Source: Thermodesulfobacteriota bacterium (GTDB taxonomy: Bacteria > Desulfobacterota > Binatia > UBA9968 > JAJDTQ01). From it: a DNA stretch of 64,000 nt. The stretch is taken from the NCBI GenBank assembly GCA_965116635.1, contig OZ220710.1:4319467-4383466 (forward strand), given 5' to 3'. The stretch's first letter is position 1. Each line of letters begins with the position of its first letter. Below the pieces are notes generated by a model, which was not told the origin of the DNA, did no database searches, and saw only the letters and a program-made list of their open reading frames with translations. A program made the position numbers and the translations under genes. Positions 8,967 through 18,631 of the stretch are shown piece after piece.

Positions 8967-9833
8967 ATGATCGCTTTCGACTACCGTACTCCCGGAAGCC
9001 TCGAAGAGGCTTATTCTGATCTCAAGGAACTCGGCTCCGACGGCAAGATCATCGCCGGCGGCACCGCGCTGGTCATCATGATGAAGCAGCAGCTCCTGCA
9101 GCCGAGCTGCGTCATCAGCCTGCGCAACGTGGCCGGGCTGAGCGACGTGTCGGAGAACAACGGCGGCGTGCACATCGGCGGCCTCGTGTCTCACGCGGCG
9201 CTCGACGCGTCCGCGGTGGTGCAGGGCAAGCTGCCGATGCTGGGCGCGACCTATCACCACGTGGCCACGCAGCGGGTGCGCACCATGGCCACGGTGGGCG
9301 GCGGTCTGGCCCACGCCGATCCCAACCAGGATCCGCCGCCGTCCTTCATCGCCCTGGGCGCCAGCTTCGAGCTGAGCTCCGCCGGCGGCACCCGCACGGT
9401 GGCGGCCGAGGATTTCTTCAGCGACTACTATGAAACCGTGCTGGAGCCCGAAGAGATCGTCACCGGCGTCAGCGTGCCGCTCATGGCGGCCAACAGCGGC
9501 GGCGCCTATCTCAAGTTCCTGCCGCGTTCGGCCGATGACTACGCCACCGTCAGTGCGGCCGCGGTGGTCACGCTCGACGCCGCCAAGAGCACCATCCAGG
9601 ACGTCCGCATCGCCATGGGCAGCGTCAACACCACGCCCGTCCGCGCCACGGCATCCGAGGCCGTGCTCAAGGGGCAGCCGGTGAAGGCCGAGGGCCTTCG
9701 CGAAGCCGGAGAAAAAGCCAAGGAACACACCGACCCGGTCAGCGATTTCCGCGGTTCGGGATCCTACAAGACGCAGATGGCCGCCGTGTTCGTTCGGCGG
9801 GCGCTCGAGCAGGCCATCGCCAACGCGTCCTGA
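8967..9833 (+). CDS. coxM: FAD-binding medium subunit of a Mo-hydroxylase (CoxM-like)
   Basis: AGGTAL, FAD-binding PCMH-type N-terminus and a CO-dehydrogenase flavoprotein C-terminal domain. Confidence 0.85.
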   Translation: MIAFDYRTPGSLEEAYSDLKELGSDGKIIAGGTALVIMMKQQLLQPSCVISLRNVAGLSDVSENNGGVHIGGLVSHAALDASAVVQGKLPMLGATYHHVATQRVRTMATVGGGLAHADPNQDPPPSFIALGASFELSSAGGTRTVAAEDFFSDYYETVLEPEEIVTGVSVPLMAANSGGAYLKFLPRSADDYATVSAAAVVTLDAAKSTIQDVRIAMGSVNTTPVRATASEAVLKGQPVKAEGLREAGEKAKEHTDPVSDFRGSGSYKTQMAAVFVRRALEQAIANAS

Positions 9834-9859
9834 CCACCGAAGGGGAAGGGGAAGACAGA

Positions 9860-10312
9860 GTGAAATTCAGTCAAAGTGCGATGGTGCCGGCGGGGCGGGA
9901 GCCCCTGTGGCAGCTCCTCATGGATATTCCCAGGGTCGCCACCTGTCTGCCGGGCGTCGAGGGCGTCGAGCAGGTCGACGGCGAGACCTACCAGGGAACC
10001 CTGAAGGTCCGCGTGGGACCGATCTCCTTGAGCCTGCAGGGCAAGATCGTCCTGGAGGAAAAGAACCAGGACGACTGGCGCGCGGCGCTCCGGGCCGAGG
10101 CCGAAGACCGGCGGGTGGCCGGCGCCATGCGCGGCAAGTCCACCATGGAGCTCAAGGAGGTGAACGCCGGCGAGACCGAGCTCACGGTGGAGACCGACGT
10201 CAACATCCTGGGCAAGATCGGTGAGTTCGGCCAGCCCATCATCCGCAAGAAGGCCGACCAGATGCTCACCAAGTTCATCGACAACATCAAGAAGGAACTC
10301 GCCGCGAACTAG
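9860..10312 (+). CDS. coxG: carbon-monoxide dehydrogenase subunit G-like SRPBCC protein
   Basis: CoxG-family signature GETYQGTLKVRVGPISLSLQGKI. Confidence 0.8.
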   Translation: MKFSQSAMVPAGREPLWQLLMDIPRVATCLPGVEGVEQVDGETYQGTLKVRVGPISLSLQGKIVLEEKNQDDWRAALRAEAEDRRVAGAMRGKSTMELKEVNAGETELTVETDVNILGKIGEFGQPIIRKKADQMLTKFIDNIKKELAAN

Positions 10313-10342
10313 TGCGCTGAAGTTCGTATGTTCTTGAAACGA

Positions 10343-10380
10343 GCGGGCGGCCGGTAGATACGGAGACTACCGGCCGCCCG
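10343..10380 (+). terminator. stem-loop terminator after coxG
   Basis: A perfect 14-bp inverted repeat GCGGGCGGCCGGTAG...CTACCGGCCGCCCG followed by TTCG. Confidence 0.5.
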
Positions 10381-10401
10381 TTCGCGTCCGGGGTCGAAAA
10401 C

Positions 10402-10851
10402 ATGGGTCGAGTTCCCGTGAAGCACATACTGGCATCCCTTGTACTCCTGCTCCCCGCCCTGGCATTCGCGGACCATGAGCTCGAGAACCGGGACCTCCGC
10501 AAGGGGCGGGCGCTGTACGCCGCACACTGCGCTTCCTGTCACGGAGCCAAACTTGAAGGCCAGCCGAACTGGCGGCGCCCCGGAAAGGACGGCATCAGGC
10601 CCGCCCCGCCGCACGACGAGACCGGCCACACCTGGCATCACGACAACCAGTATCTCTTCGACTACACCCGGCTCGGCGGCAAAGCCCTGTTCGAGGCACG
10701 CGGCCTGCCTGAAATCCCAAGCGGCATGCCCGCATCCTCCGAGGAACTGACCGACGACGGGATCTGGGACGTCCTCGCGTACATCCGCTCCACCTGGCCG
10801 GACAAGATTCGCCGAATCCAGGCCACGACCAACCCACGGCACGAGCGGTGA
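10402..10851 (+). CDS. mono-heme c-type cytochrome, secreted
   Basis: Signal peptide plus a CASCHG heme-binding motif. Confidence 0.75.
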   Translation: MGRVPVKHILASLVLLLPALAFADHELENRDLRKGRALYAAHCASCHGAKLEGQPNWRRPGKDGIRPAPPHDETGHTWHHDNQYLFDYTRLGGKALFEARGLPEIPSGMPASSEELTDDGIWDVLAYIRSTWPDKIRRIQATTNPRHER

Positions 10852-10878
10852 CCGCTTGACGCCTGCGTGCCTTACGTA

Positions 10879-11208
10879 TCAGCCCTCGCCCGGCTCTCGC
10901 ATCCAGGCCGGAATAACCCGCGCCCCATGCAGCACGCGCCAGACATCGACTTCCGTCGCCTTCTCGACATAGAAGACCAGATACGGAAACTTGCCGACCG
11001 ACCGGAAGCGCAGGCCGGGAATGCCCAGCTCGTGCGCATAGCGGGGTGAGCCGCTGCCCGGCTGTTCGCCGATATGGCGGAGGGTGTCTTCCAATGCGCT
11101 GATGAAGGAAAGCGTCACGGCCGGTCCCGCCTCGGCCAGAAAGTGATCGACCGCCTCTTCGATATCGCGTCGTGCCCGGTCGCGCAGGACAACCGGTTTG
11201 CCGCTCAC
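10879..11208 (-). CDS. parE: type II toxin ParE/RelE family
   Basis: ParE-like sequence (FPYLVFY...VDVWRVLHGAR). It overlaps the upstream antitoxin by 4 bp. Confidence 0.75.
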   Translation of the reverse strand: MSGKPVVLRDRARRDIEEAVDHFLAEAGPAVTLSFISALEDTLRHIGEQPGSGSPRYAHELGIPGLRFRSVGKFPYLVFYVEKATEVDVWRVLHGARVIPAWMREPGEG

Positions 11209-11444
11209 CGCCGGCCGGCTTCGCGGACTCGATCGCGGAGCCGGCCGAAGTAGTCCGCATCGGCCGTTACCGCCTGTGGGGAGGCCGCACCTTCGAGAAG
11301 CAGGTCGCGCAAGCGCTGACGGTCCTGATCCCTGCGGATCAGTTCGCGGACATACTCGCTTGAAGTGCTGTAGCCGCGTGCGCGGACCTGATCGTCCACG
11401 AAGGACTTGAGCGCCTCGGGAAGCGATATGTTCATCGTGCTCAT
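11205..11444 (-). CDS. parD: type II antitoxin ParD (RHH/CopG-like)
   Basis: MSTMNISLPEALKSFVDDQV...YSTSSEYVRELIRRD is a typical ParD. The start is set at the first internal ATG of the track ORF. Confidence 0.7.
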   Translation of the reverse strand: MSTMNISLPEALKSFVDDQVRARGYSTSSEYVRELIRRDQDRQRLRDLLLEGAASPQAVTADADYFGRLRDRVREAGRR

Positions 11445-11445
11445 G

Positions 11446-11500
11446 GGCGGAAGATTAGCGGCTTTGGCAAAGTTTGGCAAGAATTGCCATCAATCAGACC
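11446..11500. promoter_or_regulatory. putative parDE operator/promoter
   Basis: TTTGGCAAAGTTTGGCAAGAATTGCCAT contains direct TTTGGCAA repeats and the palindrome TTGGCAA-GA-ATTGCCA immediately 5' of parD. Confidence 0.35.
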
Positions 11501-11649
11501 ACCGCCCCGTAGCCTCGTTCCTCGATACAATTAATCCATTCGGACTGAATGGCAAGACGGCTCCTACACGGAATTTGCCGTATGCGGCGGGCGACGGAAC
11601 CTGAGCAGCCAATTCTCGAAAACGATGCCTTGTCGTTGATGAATCCTCG

Positions 11650-12040
11650 CTCGCGTCGAGCGGACAAATGCGGGGTGCTGAAGGCGGCGACCGTAGCGCC
11701 AGGCAACCGGGGTGATCGCGCCCACGCGGGCGCTACACGACGAGATCAACACCACCATCCGCGAGGGGCTGGTCGCCGAAGGCACGATCTCGGGTCCGGC
11801 GCGGCAGGGCGAGAAGCTGGTGCCGCGCGATCTCACCCGGCCAGATGGCCGGCGCCTCGAACTATGCGGCAGGCGACACGGTGATCTTCGCCCGTTCCTA
11901 CAAGACCCTCGGCGTCGAGAAGGGCGACGTCGAGGTGTACAGGAGCGAGGGAATGGAACCGGTATCGGGAACGCTTGTGCGCGGAGCACTGTCAGCGGTG
12001 GTAACGCTCGCGGCGACAGAGATTTGCTAGGAGCCTGCGC
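11650..12040 (+). pseudogene. conjugative relaxase (TrwC/TraA/MobF-type) remnant, frameshifted
   Basis: Two adjacent frames read VIAPTRALHDEINTTIREGLVAEGTISG...KLVPRDLT and YAAGDTVIFARSYKTLGVEKGDVEVY. Both match conserved C-terminal relaxase blocks, but there is no intact long ORF. Confidence 0.5.
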
Positions 12041-12150
12041 CGCAGGAACCGGACATCCGATGTAAACGTCAACAGATTTCCGGGATGCCGCCCACGCCGC
12101 TCGCTGGCCGCCCCGAGAAGCCCTGTCCAAAGAGCCGGTATCGCCCCACA

Positions 12151-12191
12151 GTGCCATGCGGGCACGGGCGGGTTTGAAACCCGCTCCTACA
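12151..12191. repeat. 41-nt double-hairpin element, copy B
   Basis: GTGCCATGCGGGCACGGGCGGGTTTGAAACCCGCTCCTACA matches 1567..1608 at 36/41. Confidence 0.6.
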
Positions 12192-12266
12192 TCGGACATC
12201 CGTTTTCTGCGGCGCAGGCTCCTAGGGGATGGTTGTCGGCTGTCCTGGTATGGTCCTTACGCCAGC

Positions 12267-13013
12267 TCAGCCTTGGACACGTCTACCCACCCTAAATCTG
12301 AACCCGTCCTCGCATTCTGTGTAATCTGCGACGCGGATGCCCAACTGTGCAAGGTCATCTTCTTGTGGGTCACGGTCGTGACCAGCGAGGTGAGGCCACA
12401 CGATCCAGCCTTGGCACGGGCTACACAACGTCACCTTCCGACCGAGGACCACGGAGAACAACTCGCTGAATAGGTCGAGATTTTCCTCGACGAGTCTCGC
12501 GTACTTCTTGACTTGCTTCACGAGCCGCGTCTTCTCCCGTGCGGTCTTGAGTTCGATCACCGCTGGCCGGTCACCATGTAGCGCCAGAAGGTCGCAGACG
12601 ATCATCTTACCTTTCTCCGTTGGAAGAGACAGTTCGTCCGTCACGAAGAGGAGTTCTCCGTCGCCATCCCCACCAGACAAGTCTTCGAGTCGGCGAGCAT
12701 GGCGATAGGCGTTCGCAATGAGGAACGACTGGAGGCGCTTCTCTGGGGTGGGCCTACCTTGGTCGCAGTCGACGCAGTGAGTCTGGAACTTCGTCTCGAA
12801 GGTCGTCGCTAGCCGCTGTAGGTTGGTAATTCTGCTCTTGCCCCGTTGTGGCCGGTCCGGACGAAGGCCGACCATCGAGATACCCGAGGACGAGGGCCGG
12901 AAGTGCACTTCTCCGAGTCGTGACCTTCGAGCCTCGGCAAGTTCCTCCTCGATCTTCCGTGCCCAGTGGATGGTTTGGCGCAAGCGGATACGCTGGTCAA
13001 CTCGGATATTCAT
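12267..13013 (-). CDS. PD-(D/E)xK nuclease-fold protein with flanking Cys pairs, family unknown
   Basis: The core ELLFVTDE...MIVCDLLALHGDRPAVIELK (D...ExK) is flanked by THCVDCDQG and LCSPCQGW. Local GC is ~58% against a ~67% background. Confidence 0.5.
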   Translation of the reverse strand: MNIRVDQRIRLRQTIHWARKIEEELAEARRSRLGEVHFRPSSSGISMVGLRPDRPQRGKSRITNLQRLATTFETKFQTHCVDCDQGRPTPEKRLQSFLIANAYRHARRLEDLSGGDGDGELLFVTDELSLPTEKGKMIVCDLLALHGDRPAVIELKTAREKTRLVKQVKKYARLVEENLDLFSELFSVVLGRKVTLCSPCQGWIVWPHLAGHDRDPQEDDLAQLGIRVADYTECEDGFRFRVGRRVQG

Positions 13014-13240
13014 CTGGCTTCCTCCAGTTTGCTGAGCAGTGCATTGAGTTCGGTGAGGATTCGATCCCTCCGAACCCGCACGGACACGACGTATGGATAC
13101 CCTTTGGGGTCGAGGCCACGCGTCCGGGAATTATCACGAATCGAGGCCGTGGCGACAGGGAGGGGCGCCCACAGTACAAAGCCGGTTTGAGGGCCGCGAC
13201 GGCGCGCTTGTTGTAGAAATGTCATCCTATGGCGGTACAT
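13010..13240 (-). CDS. hypothetical small protein overlapping the nuclease gene start by 4 bp (ATGA)
   Basis: The C-terminal GYPYVVSVRVRRDRILTELNALLSKLEEAR could be an RHH-like tail. The start is uncertain (13240 or 13225). Confidence 0.25.
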   Translation of the reverse strand: MYRHRMTFLQQARRRGPQTGFVLWAPLPVATASIRDNSRTRGLDPKGYPYVVSVRVRRDRILTELNALLSKLEEAR

Positions 13241-13455
13241 GCCGCAGCCGCGTACTGTATTGCCATTAACACACTCGGCCCGAACCGCGCCATGTTGACT
13301 TCGCCACGGCACATCCGTAGAGTCCGCGGAAGTACGACAGTCCTGGATGACTGCGAAGCTCACCGTGCCGAGTGACAACCGCTTGCGATGGGTAGGGCGA
13401 CTGCAGGGTTTTCGCAAGCGTTGCCGAGCGGCGATAACACCAGTGGAGGCCTATC

Positions 13456-14553
13456 ATGATAAAGCGCACTGCACTCATCTTCCTCACAGTTACGATGGGT
13501 CTTTTGGTCGGCGCGGCCGCGTTCGCGCAAGACAAGCTGCCCGCTCGGCTAGCGGACGACCCGGTGGCCAAGGCGCTGGGGCCGGCCGTCATCAATGCGG
13601 CGCTGAAAGAGGGCAAAGTCGTCTGGTACGGCGGCTCCACCAGCCAGCAGTTCTTCGACTCCGGCGCGAAAGACCGGTTCGAGAAGCGCTTCGGCATCAA
13701 GATCGAGATCATCAGCGGGCGCATGCGCCACTTGACCGACCGGATCCGCACGGAGGCGGCGGTGGGCAAGCTCCAGGGGGATATCATGGAGGGCGGTGAC
13801 AAGTACCTGCTGGAGTTGCACGCCGTGGGCGCCCTGGCAAAGTGGCGCCCTCCCGCTCCGGAGCTGGACAATATCGACAAGAAGGTTTTTGTCAACGACC
13901 CCGTCGGTTACTGGTGGCCCGTTCACCTGAGCGCTCAGGCGATCCTGGTCAACACAGACATGGTCAAGCCCGCCGACTATCCCAAGTCCTACTGGGATAT
14001 CGTGGATCCCAAGTGGAAGGGCAGGGTGGCGATCCGCGATCCGCGCGCCTCCGGCGGCGGCGCCTGGCACATGCTGGGCATCTACAATACTCAGGGCATG
14101 GGCATCGACTACATCAAGAAGCTCAAGGCGACGGTGGAGCCCTTCATCGTCCGCGGCGGCAGCCGGAAGCTCCGTGACGCCATCGCGCGGGGGCAGTTTG
14201 CCCTCGGTTTCAGCGGGCGCGGCGAGAACATTCGTGACCTGCCCAAGGGAACGCCGGTGAAGTTCATCGTGCCCAAGGAGGGGCAGGCGTGGACGCCGTT
14301 CTCCATGGCCACGATCAAGGGCGCGGCCCGTCCGAACGCGGCCAAGGTCATCATGACCTGGTTCTACGAACTCGAGAACCTCCAGGCGTGGAACACGCAT
14401 GCCGGCCGTAACGTACCGCATCCGAAAGTCAAGCCGCCGATCCCCGAGATGAGCCTGACAGCCTATCCTCTGATGAAGAAGATCCCGTCCGAGCAGCTCG
14501 GCGATCCGAACTTTTTCTTCAAGGAGATGGAGGGGGTATTCGGCATCCGCTGA
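13456..14553 (+). CDS. ABC transporter periplasmic substrate-binding protein (family 1; Fe3+/polyamine type)
   Basis: Signal peptide and an SBP_bac_1-like sequence. It is the first gene of a transporter operon. Confidence 0.8.
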   Translation: MIKRTALIFLTVTMGLLVGAAAFAQDKLPARLADDPVAKALGPAVINAALKEGKVVWYGGSTSQQFFDSGAKDRFEKRFGIKIEIISGRMRHLTDRIRTEAAVGKLQGDIMEGGDKYLLELHAVGALAKWRPPAPELDNIDKKVFVNDPVGYWWPVHLSAQAILVNTDMVKPADYPKSYWDIVDPKWKGRVAIRDPRASGGGAWHMLGIYNTQGMGIDYIKKLKATVEPFIVRGGSRKLRDAIARGQFALGFSGRGENIRDLPKGTPVKFIVPKEGQAWTPFSMATIKGAARPNAAKVIMTWFYELENLQAWNTHAGRNVPHPKVKPPIPEMSLTAYPLMKKIPSEQLGDPNFFFKEMEGVFGIR

Positions 14554-14565
14554 CGAGAGGTCTGC

Positions 14566-15687
14566 ATGCCTGACGTCGGAATTTCCGGGGTCGTCAAGCG
14601 TTTCGGCGCCATCACCGCCGTCGATGGCATCGACCTCAACGTGCAGGACGGCGAAATGGTGACTCTGCTGGGGCCGTCGGGCTGCGGCAAGACCACGACG
14701 TTGCGCATGATAGCCGGGCTCGAAGAGCCCGATGCCGGCGCCATCCGCATCGGCGGCGTGCCGGTCTACGACAAGGCCAGGCGCATTGACGTGCCGTCGG
14801 AGCGGCGCCATTTGGGCATGGTGTTCCAGTCGTACGCCATCTGGCCGCACATGACCGTGTACGAGAACGTCGCCTATCCCTTGCGGATGCGGCGTGTCGG
14901 GCGTGGGGAGTCCGAGCGCCGCGTGGACGCGGTGCTCCAGCAGGTCGACCTCGTGGGCCTCGGCGCCACGCCCGCGACCAACCTGAGCGGCGGCCAGCAG
15001 CAACGCGTGGCGCTCGCCCGGGCGCTGGTGTTCGAGCCGCGTGTTCTGTTGCTCGACGAGCCCCTGTCCAACCTCGACGCCAAGCTGCGCGAGCACATGC
15101 GTTTCGAGCTGCGCATCATGCAGCAGCGCCTCGGGGTCACCGCCCTCTACGTGACCCACGACCAGGAAGAGGCGCTGACGCTGTCCGACCACATCGTCGT
15201 GATGCACCGGGGCCGGATCGAGCAGGTGGGAACGCCGGACGAGATCTACGAGCAGCCCGCCACGCGCTTCGTCGCGGAGTTCATCGGCAAGGCCAACTTT
15301 ATCGACACGGCCGGCGAGGCGCAGCTAAGCGCGGCCGGCGCCACGGTGCCGTTGACCACCTACGACGGCACCGTCACCATCAGCCTCGACGCCGGCGCGG
15401 TGCGCACCGACCGGCGGGACGAGCCGGGCGCGGGCGCGCGCCTGTTCATCCGGCCGGAGAAGATCCGCATCGGCCCCGCGACGGCATCCCTCGCGGGTGA
15501 GGACGGCATCGAAACCATTCCCGGGCGCATCATCGGACGGGCGTACCTCGGCGATCACAACGAATATCTGGTCGGGATTTGCGACGGCGTCGACGTCCGG
15601 GTTCCGACCCCGGTCGAGGAGAATTGGCAGCCGAGCGCCAACGTGGCGCTACGCGTCGCCAGAAAGGACATCTCCCTCTATCAATGA
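14566..15687 (+). CDS. ABC transporter ATP-binding protein with C-terminal TOBE domain
   Basis: Walker A GPSGCGKTT, signature LSGGQQQRVALARAL and Walker B LLLDEPLS. Confidence 0.9.
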   Translation: MPDVGISGVVKRFGAITAVDGIDLNVQDGEMVTLLGPSGCGKTTTLRMIAGLEEPDAGAIRIGGVPVYDKARRIDVPSERRHLGMVFQSYAIWPHMTVYENVAYPLRMRRVGRGESERRVDAVLQQVDLVGLGATPATNLSGGQQQRVALARALVFEPRVLLLDEPLSNLDAKLREHMRFELRIMQQRLGVTALYVTHDQEEALTLSDHIVVMHRGRIEQVGTPDEIYEQPATRFVAEFIGKANFIDTAGEAQLSAAGATVPLTTYDGTVTISLDAGAVRTDRRDEPGAGARLFIRPEKIRIGPATASLAGEDGIETIPGRIIGRAYLGDHNEYLVGICDGVDVRVPTPVEENWQPSANVALRVARKDISLYQ

Positions 15688-17432
15688 GCCCGGCCGGCGT
15701 CACCGCCACCGAGCCTCCGGCTGACCGCGCTTCCCCACGGCTCGGCGATTATCTGAGAGTGCACCGCTCCATCTACTATTATGCCCTGGCCGCGGTGGTC
15801 GTGGTCCTGGTGCTCTATCCGGTGGGGGTGCTGTTCACGGCGAGCCTGTTCTCCGGACAGCCGGGCCGCCTGGGACAGTTCACGCTGGAAGGCTACCGCT
15901 CCTGGCTTGCCGCGTACGATCTCGTCCCCATCTTCATCAACAGCGTGATCTACGCGTCCGCCAGGCTGGTGCTGAGCCTGGCGCTGGCGCTTCTGTTCGC
16001 CTGGGCCGTGGCGCGCACCGACGTGCCGTTCCGGCGGACGATGATGCTCTTGATCCCCGTGCCGTTTTTCACGCCGGACCTGTTGACCGGCATCTCGTGG
16101 CTGATGCTCGGCAACCCGCAAAACGGCCTCATCAACCAGTTCGCCAAGTCGTGGTTCGGCATCCAGGGGCCGGTGATCGATCTCTACGGCTGGACCGGCC
16201 TGATCTTCCATTCCACCCTGAGCACCACGGCGCTCATGTTCCTCATGCTGGCGGGGTTCTTCTATTCGATGGATTCCTCTTTCGAGGAAGCCTCGGTCAC
16301 CCTGGGCGCGAGCAAGTACCGGACCATTTTCACCATTACGCTGCCGATGATGTCGCCGGCCATCCTCGCCACCTCCGTGCTCATCTTCGCCAGCGGCCTC
16401 GACAGCTTCGAAAACCCGCTGCTCTTCGGCAATCCCGGGGGCGTGTACGTCTTCGCCAACGAGATCTACCGCATGCTCCACTACCGCCATCCGCCCCAAT
16501 ACAACGGGGCGACGGCGCTTTCGGTGATCCTGATCCTGATCATGTTCACCCTCGTCTGGCTGCAATGGAGAAAGCTGGGCGAGCGCCGGTTCACGGTCAT
16601 CAGCGGCAAGGGTTACCGGCCCACGCGGATGGCCTTGCCGGGTCTGGTGCGGTGGGCGATCTTCGGCGTCTTCGTGATCTATTTCATGCTCGCCATCGTG
16701 ATTCCCCTGACCCAGATCCTCGCCAGCTCGTTCTTCCCCATCTTCGGGCTCTACAACCTGGAGCACCTCACCCTCGACAACTGGCGTAGCGTCTTCAGCG
16801 ACCGGCGAGCCATGAACGGGCTCAAGAACACGGTCCTCTTCTCCACCGCCGCCGCCGCGGCCACGGTCGTCATCGGCGGCCTCATCGGCTATATCCGCGT
16901 GCGCACCCGCCACTGGCTCGGGCGGCAGCTCGAACTGCTGGCATGGCTGCCCTGGACGCTACCTGGCATCGTGCTCGGGCTCGCGTTGCTGTGGGCCTGG
17001 GCGCTTCCGCCCGCGCCCTTCAACCTCTACGGCACGGCCACGGTCATCATCATCGGCTTTATCGTCAAGGGATTGCCCCTCGGCACCGCCACCATGCAGG
17101 CGGCGGTGCATCAGGTGAGCGGCGAGCTCGAAGAGTCCTCCCGGGTCCATGGCGGCAAATGGCTGACCACGGCGCGGCTCATCCTGATCCCGTTGATAAG
17201 GCGCGGCGTTCTGGCGTCCTTCGTCATCGTGTTCGCGCTGGCGGCCCGGGACCTGACCATTCCACTGCTGCTTTACCGGGGCGGTACCGAGACCATGACG
17301 GTGGCCCTGCTTTACTATTACGAAGAAGGCATGATGAGCACTCTGTCGGTAGTCGCCGTGATACAGCTTGCGCTGGTGTTCGCGCTGCTCGCAATCGAGA
17401 GGCTGACCCGCGGCAAAGACGAGGAAGACTAA
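15684..17432 (+). CDS. ABC transporter permease, fused two-domain (FbpB-like)
   Basis: About 12 TM segments and two EAA-like loops. Its ATG overlaps the ATPase stop (ATGA). Confidence 0.8.
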   Translation: MSPAGVTATEPPADRASPRLGDYLRVHRSIYYYALAAVVVVLVLYPVGVLFTASLFSGQPGRLGQFTLEGYRSWLAAYDLVPIFINSVIYASARLVLSLALALLFAWAVARTDVPFRRTMMLLIPVPFFTPDLLTGISWLMLGNPQNGLINQFAKSWFGIQGPVIDLYGWTGLIFHSTLSTTALMFLMLAGFFYSMDSSFEEASVTLGASKYRTIFTITLPMMSPAILATSVLIFASGLDSFENPLLFGNPGGVYVFANEIYRMLHYRHPPQYNGATALSVILILIMFTLVWLQWRKLGERRFTVISGKGYRPTRMALPGLVRWAIFGVFVIYFMLAIVIPLTQILASSFFPIFGLYNLEHLTLDNWRSVFSDRRAMNGLKNTVLFSTAAAAATVVIGGLIGYIRVRTRHWLGRQLELLAWLPWTLPGIVLGLALLWAWALPPAPFNLYGTATVIIIGFIVKGLPLGTATMQAAVHQVSGELEESSRVHGGKWLTTARLILIPLIRRGVLASFVIVFALAARDLTIPLLLYRGGTETMTVALLYYYEEGMMSTLSVVAVIQLALVFALLAIERLTRGKDEED

Positions 17433-18604
17433 TGGCCAAAGAGAGCATTTCGCAACAGTCCGTGTCCGCTCGCCCCAACGGCGAGGAGGCTGCACTCCGG
17501 TCCGACGATACCATCGAACGTGTCGAGACCTATTGCCTGGAGCTCCCTTATCGCAACGCCGTGCAGTTCCGCTCGGTGCGGGAGGACAGCGGCGCCTACA
17601 TCATCCTGCGCCTCGTGACCCGGAGCGGGGCTGAAGGCATCGCCGAATCCGTCGCCCGTCCGTCGCATTCGGGGGAGGATCCGAAACTGTTGGCGTACGC
17701 CGTCCGGACCTTCTTCGCCCCCTTGCTCGAAGGGGCGGATCCCTTCGCCCACAACGACATCCACGCCCGGATCAACAAGGTCAAGGGCGCGCGGACGGCA
17801 CATGCGCTCATCGACCTGGCGCTCTGGGACCTGCGCGGCAAGCTGTTGGGGCAGCCCGTGTGGCGTCTCCTGGGCGGCGGCCAGCCGGCGCGGGTGCCGG
17901 TGGGCTGGATCGCCCACGGCAATACCGCGGAAGCCATGACGAAACAGGCGGTGGAAGCCATCGAGGTGCGCGGCTTTTCCGCGCTGAAGATCAAGACCTG
18001 GAAGCGCTCCCGCGAGGACGTCTCCATGATCGGCGACATCCGTGCCGCGGTGGGAGAGGACGTGGTCATGTGGGCAGACTCCAACGGGGCCTATACCGAG
18101 ACCGAAGCGCGCACGATCCTGCCCGACCTCGCCCAGCACGGCATCGCCTTCCTTGAGGAGCCCTGCACCTTCCGCGACCCGCTGCGCATGGCCGCGGTGG
18201 CCGCCGACCTGCCCATCGCCCTCCTCGGCGACCAGACCTGCGGCACGGTAGATGCGGTGTACCACCTCATCAAGATCAACGCCGTCGGCGCCGTCAGCGT
18301 CAAGCTCCGCCGCACCGGCATCACCGACTCGCTGAAGATCATCGCGCTTGCCGACGCGGCCGGGTTGCCGGTGGTCATCGGCACCGACTCGGAGTCCCGG
18401 ATCGGTTCGCTGGCCCGCATCCACCTGCGCGCCGCCGTCCCCAGCCTGTCGCCCTGGCCCACGGAAACCCACTTCTTCCAGAAGCTGGGCGACGACACCT
18501 TCGTCGGCGACTTCGACTTCAGCGACGGCGGTATCCTGCCCACCGACGCTCCCGGCTTCGGCGCCGCCCTCGACTGGAAGAAGGTCGAGAAGTACAGCGC
18601 CTAG
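17433..18604 (+). CDS. enolase-superfamily enzyme (mandelate racemase/muconate lactonizing enzyme family)
   Basis: The MR/MLE fold has KIK, DSNGAY, LEEP and the metal-ligand spacing. It starts immediately after the permease stop. Confidence 0.8.
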
Positions 18605-18631
18605 GAAATCTGCTTACTCGCCACCGCCCGG

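Noticed and set aside
11549-12199. ORFs 11549-11884 (+) and 11564-12199 (-) as genes
   Set aside because: They overlap the relaxase remnant in wrong frames or antisense. The only recognisable coding signal is the frameshifted relaxase blocks.
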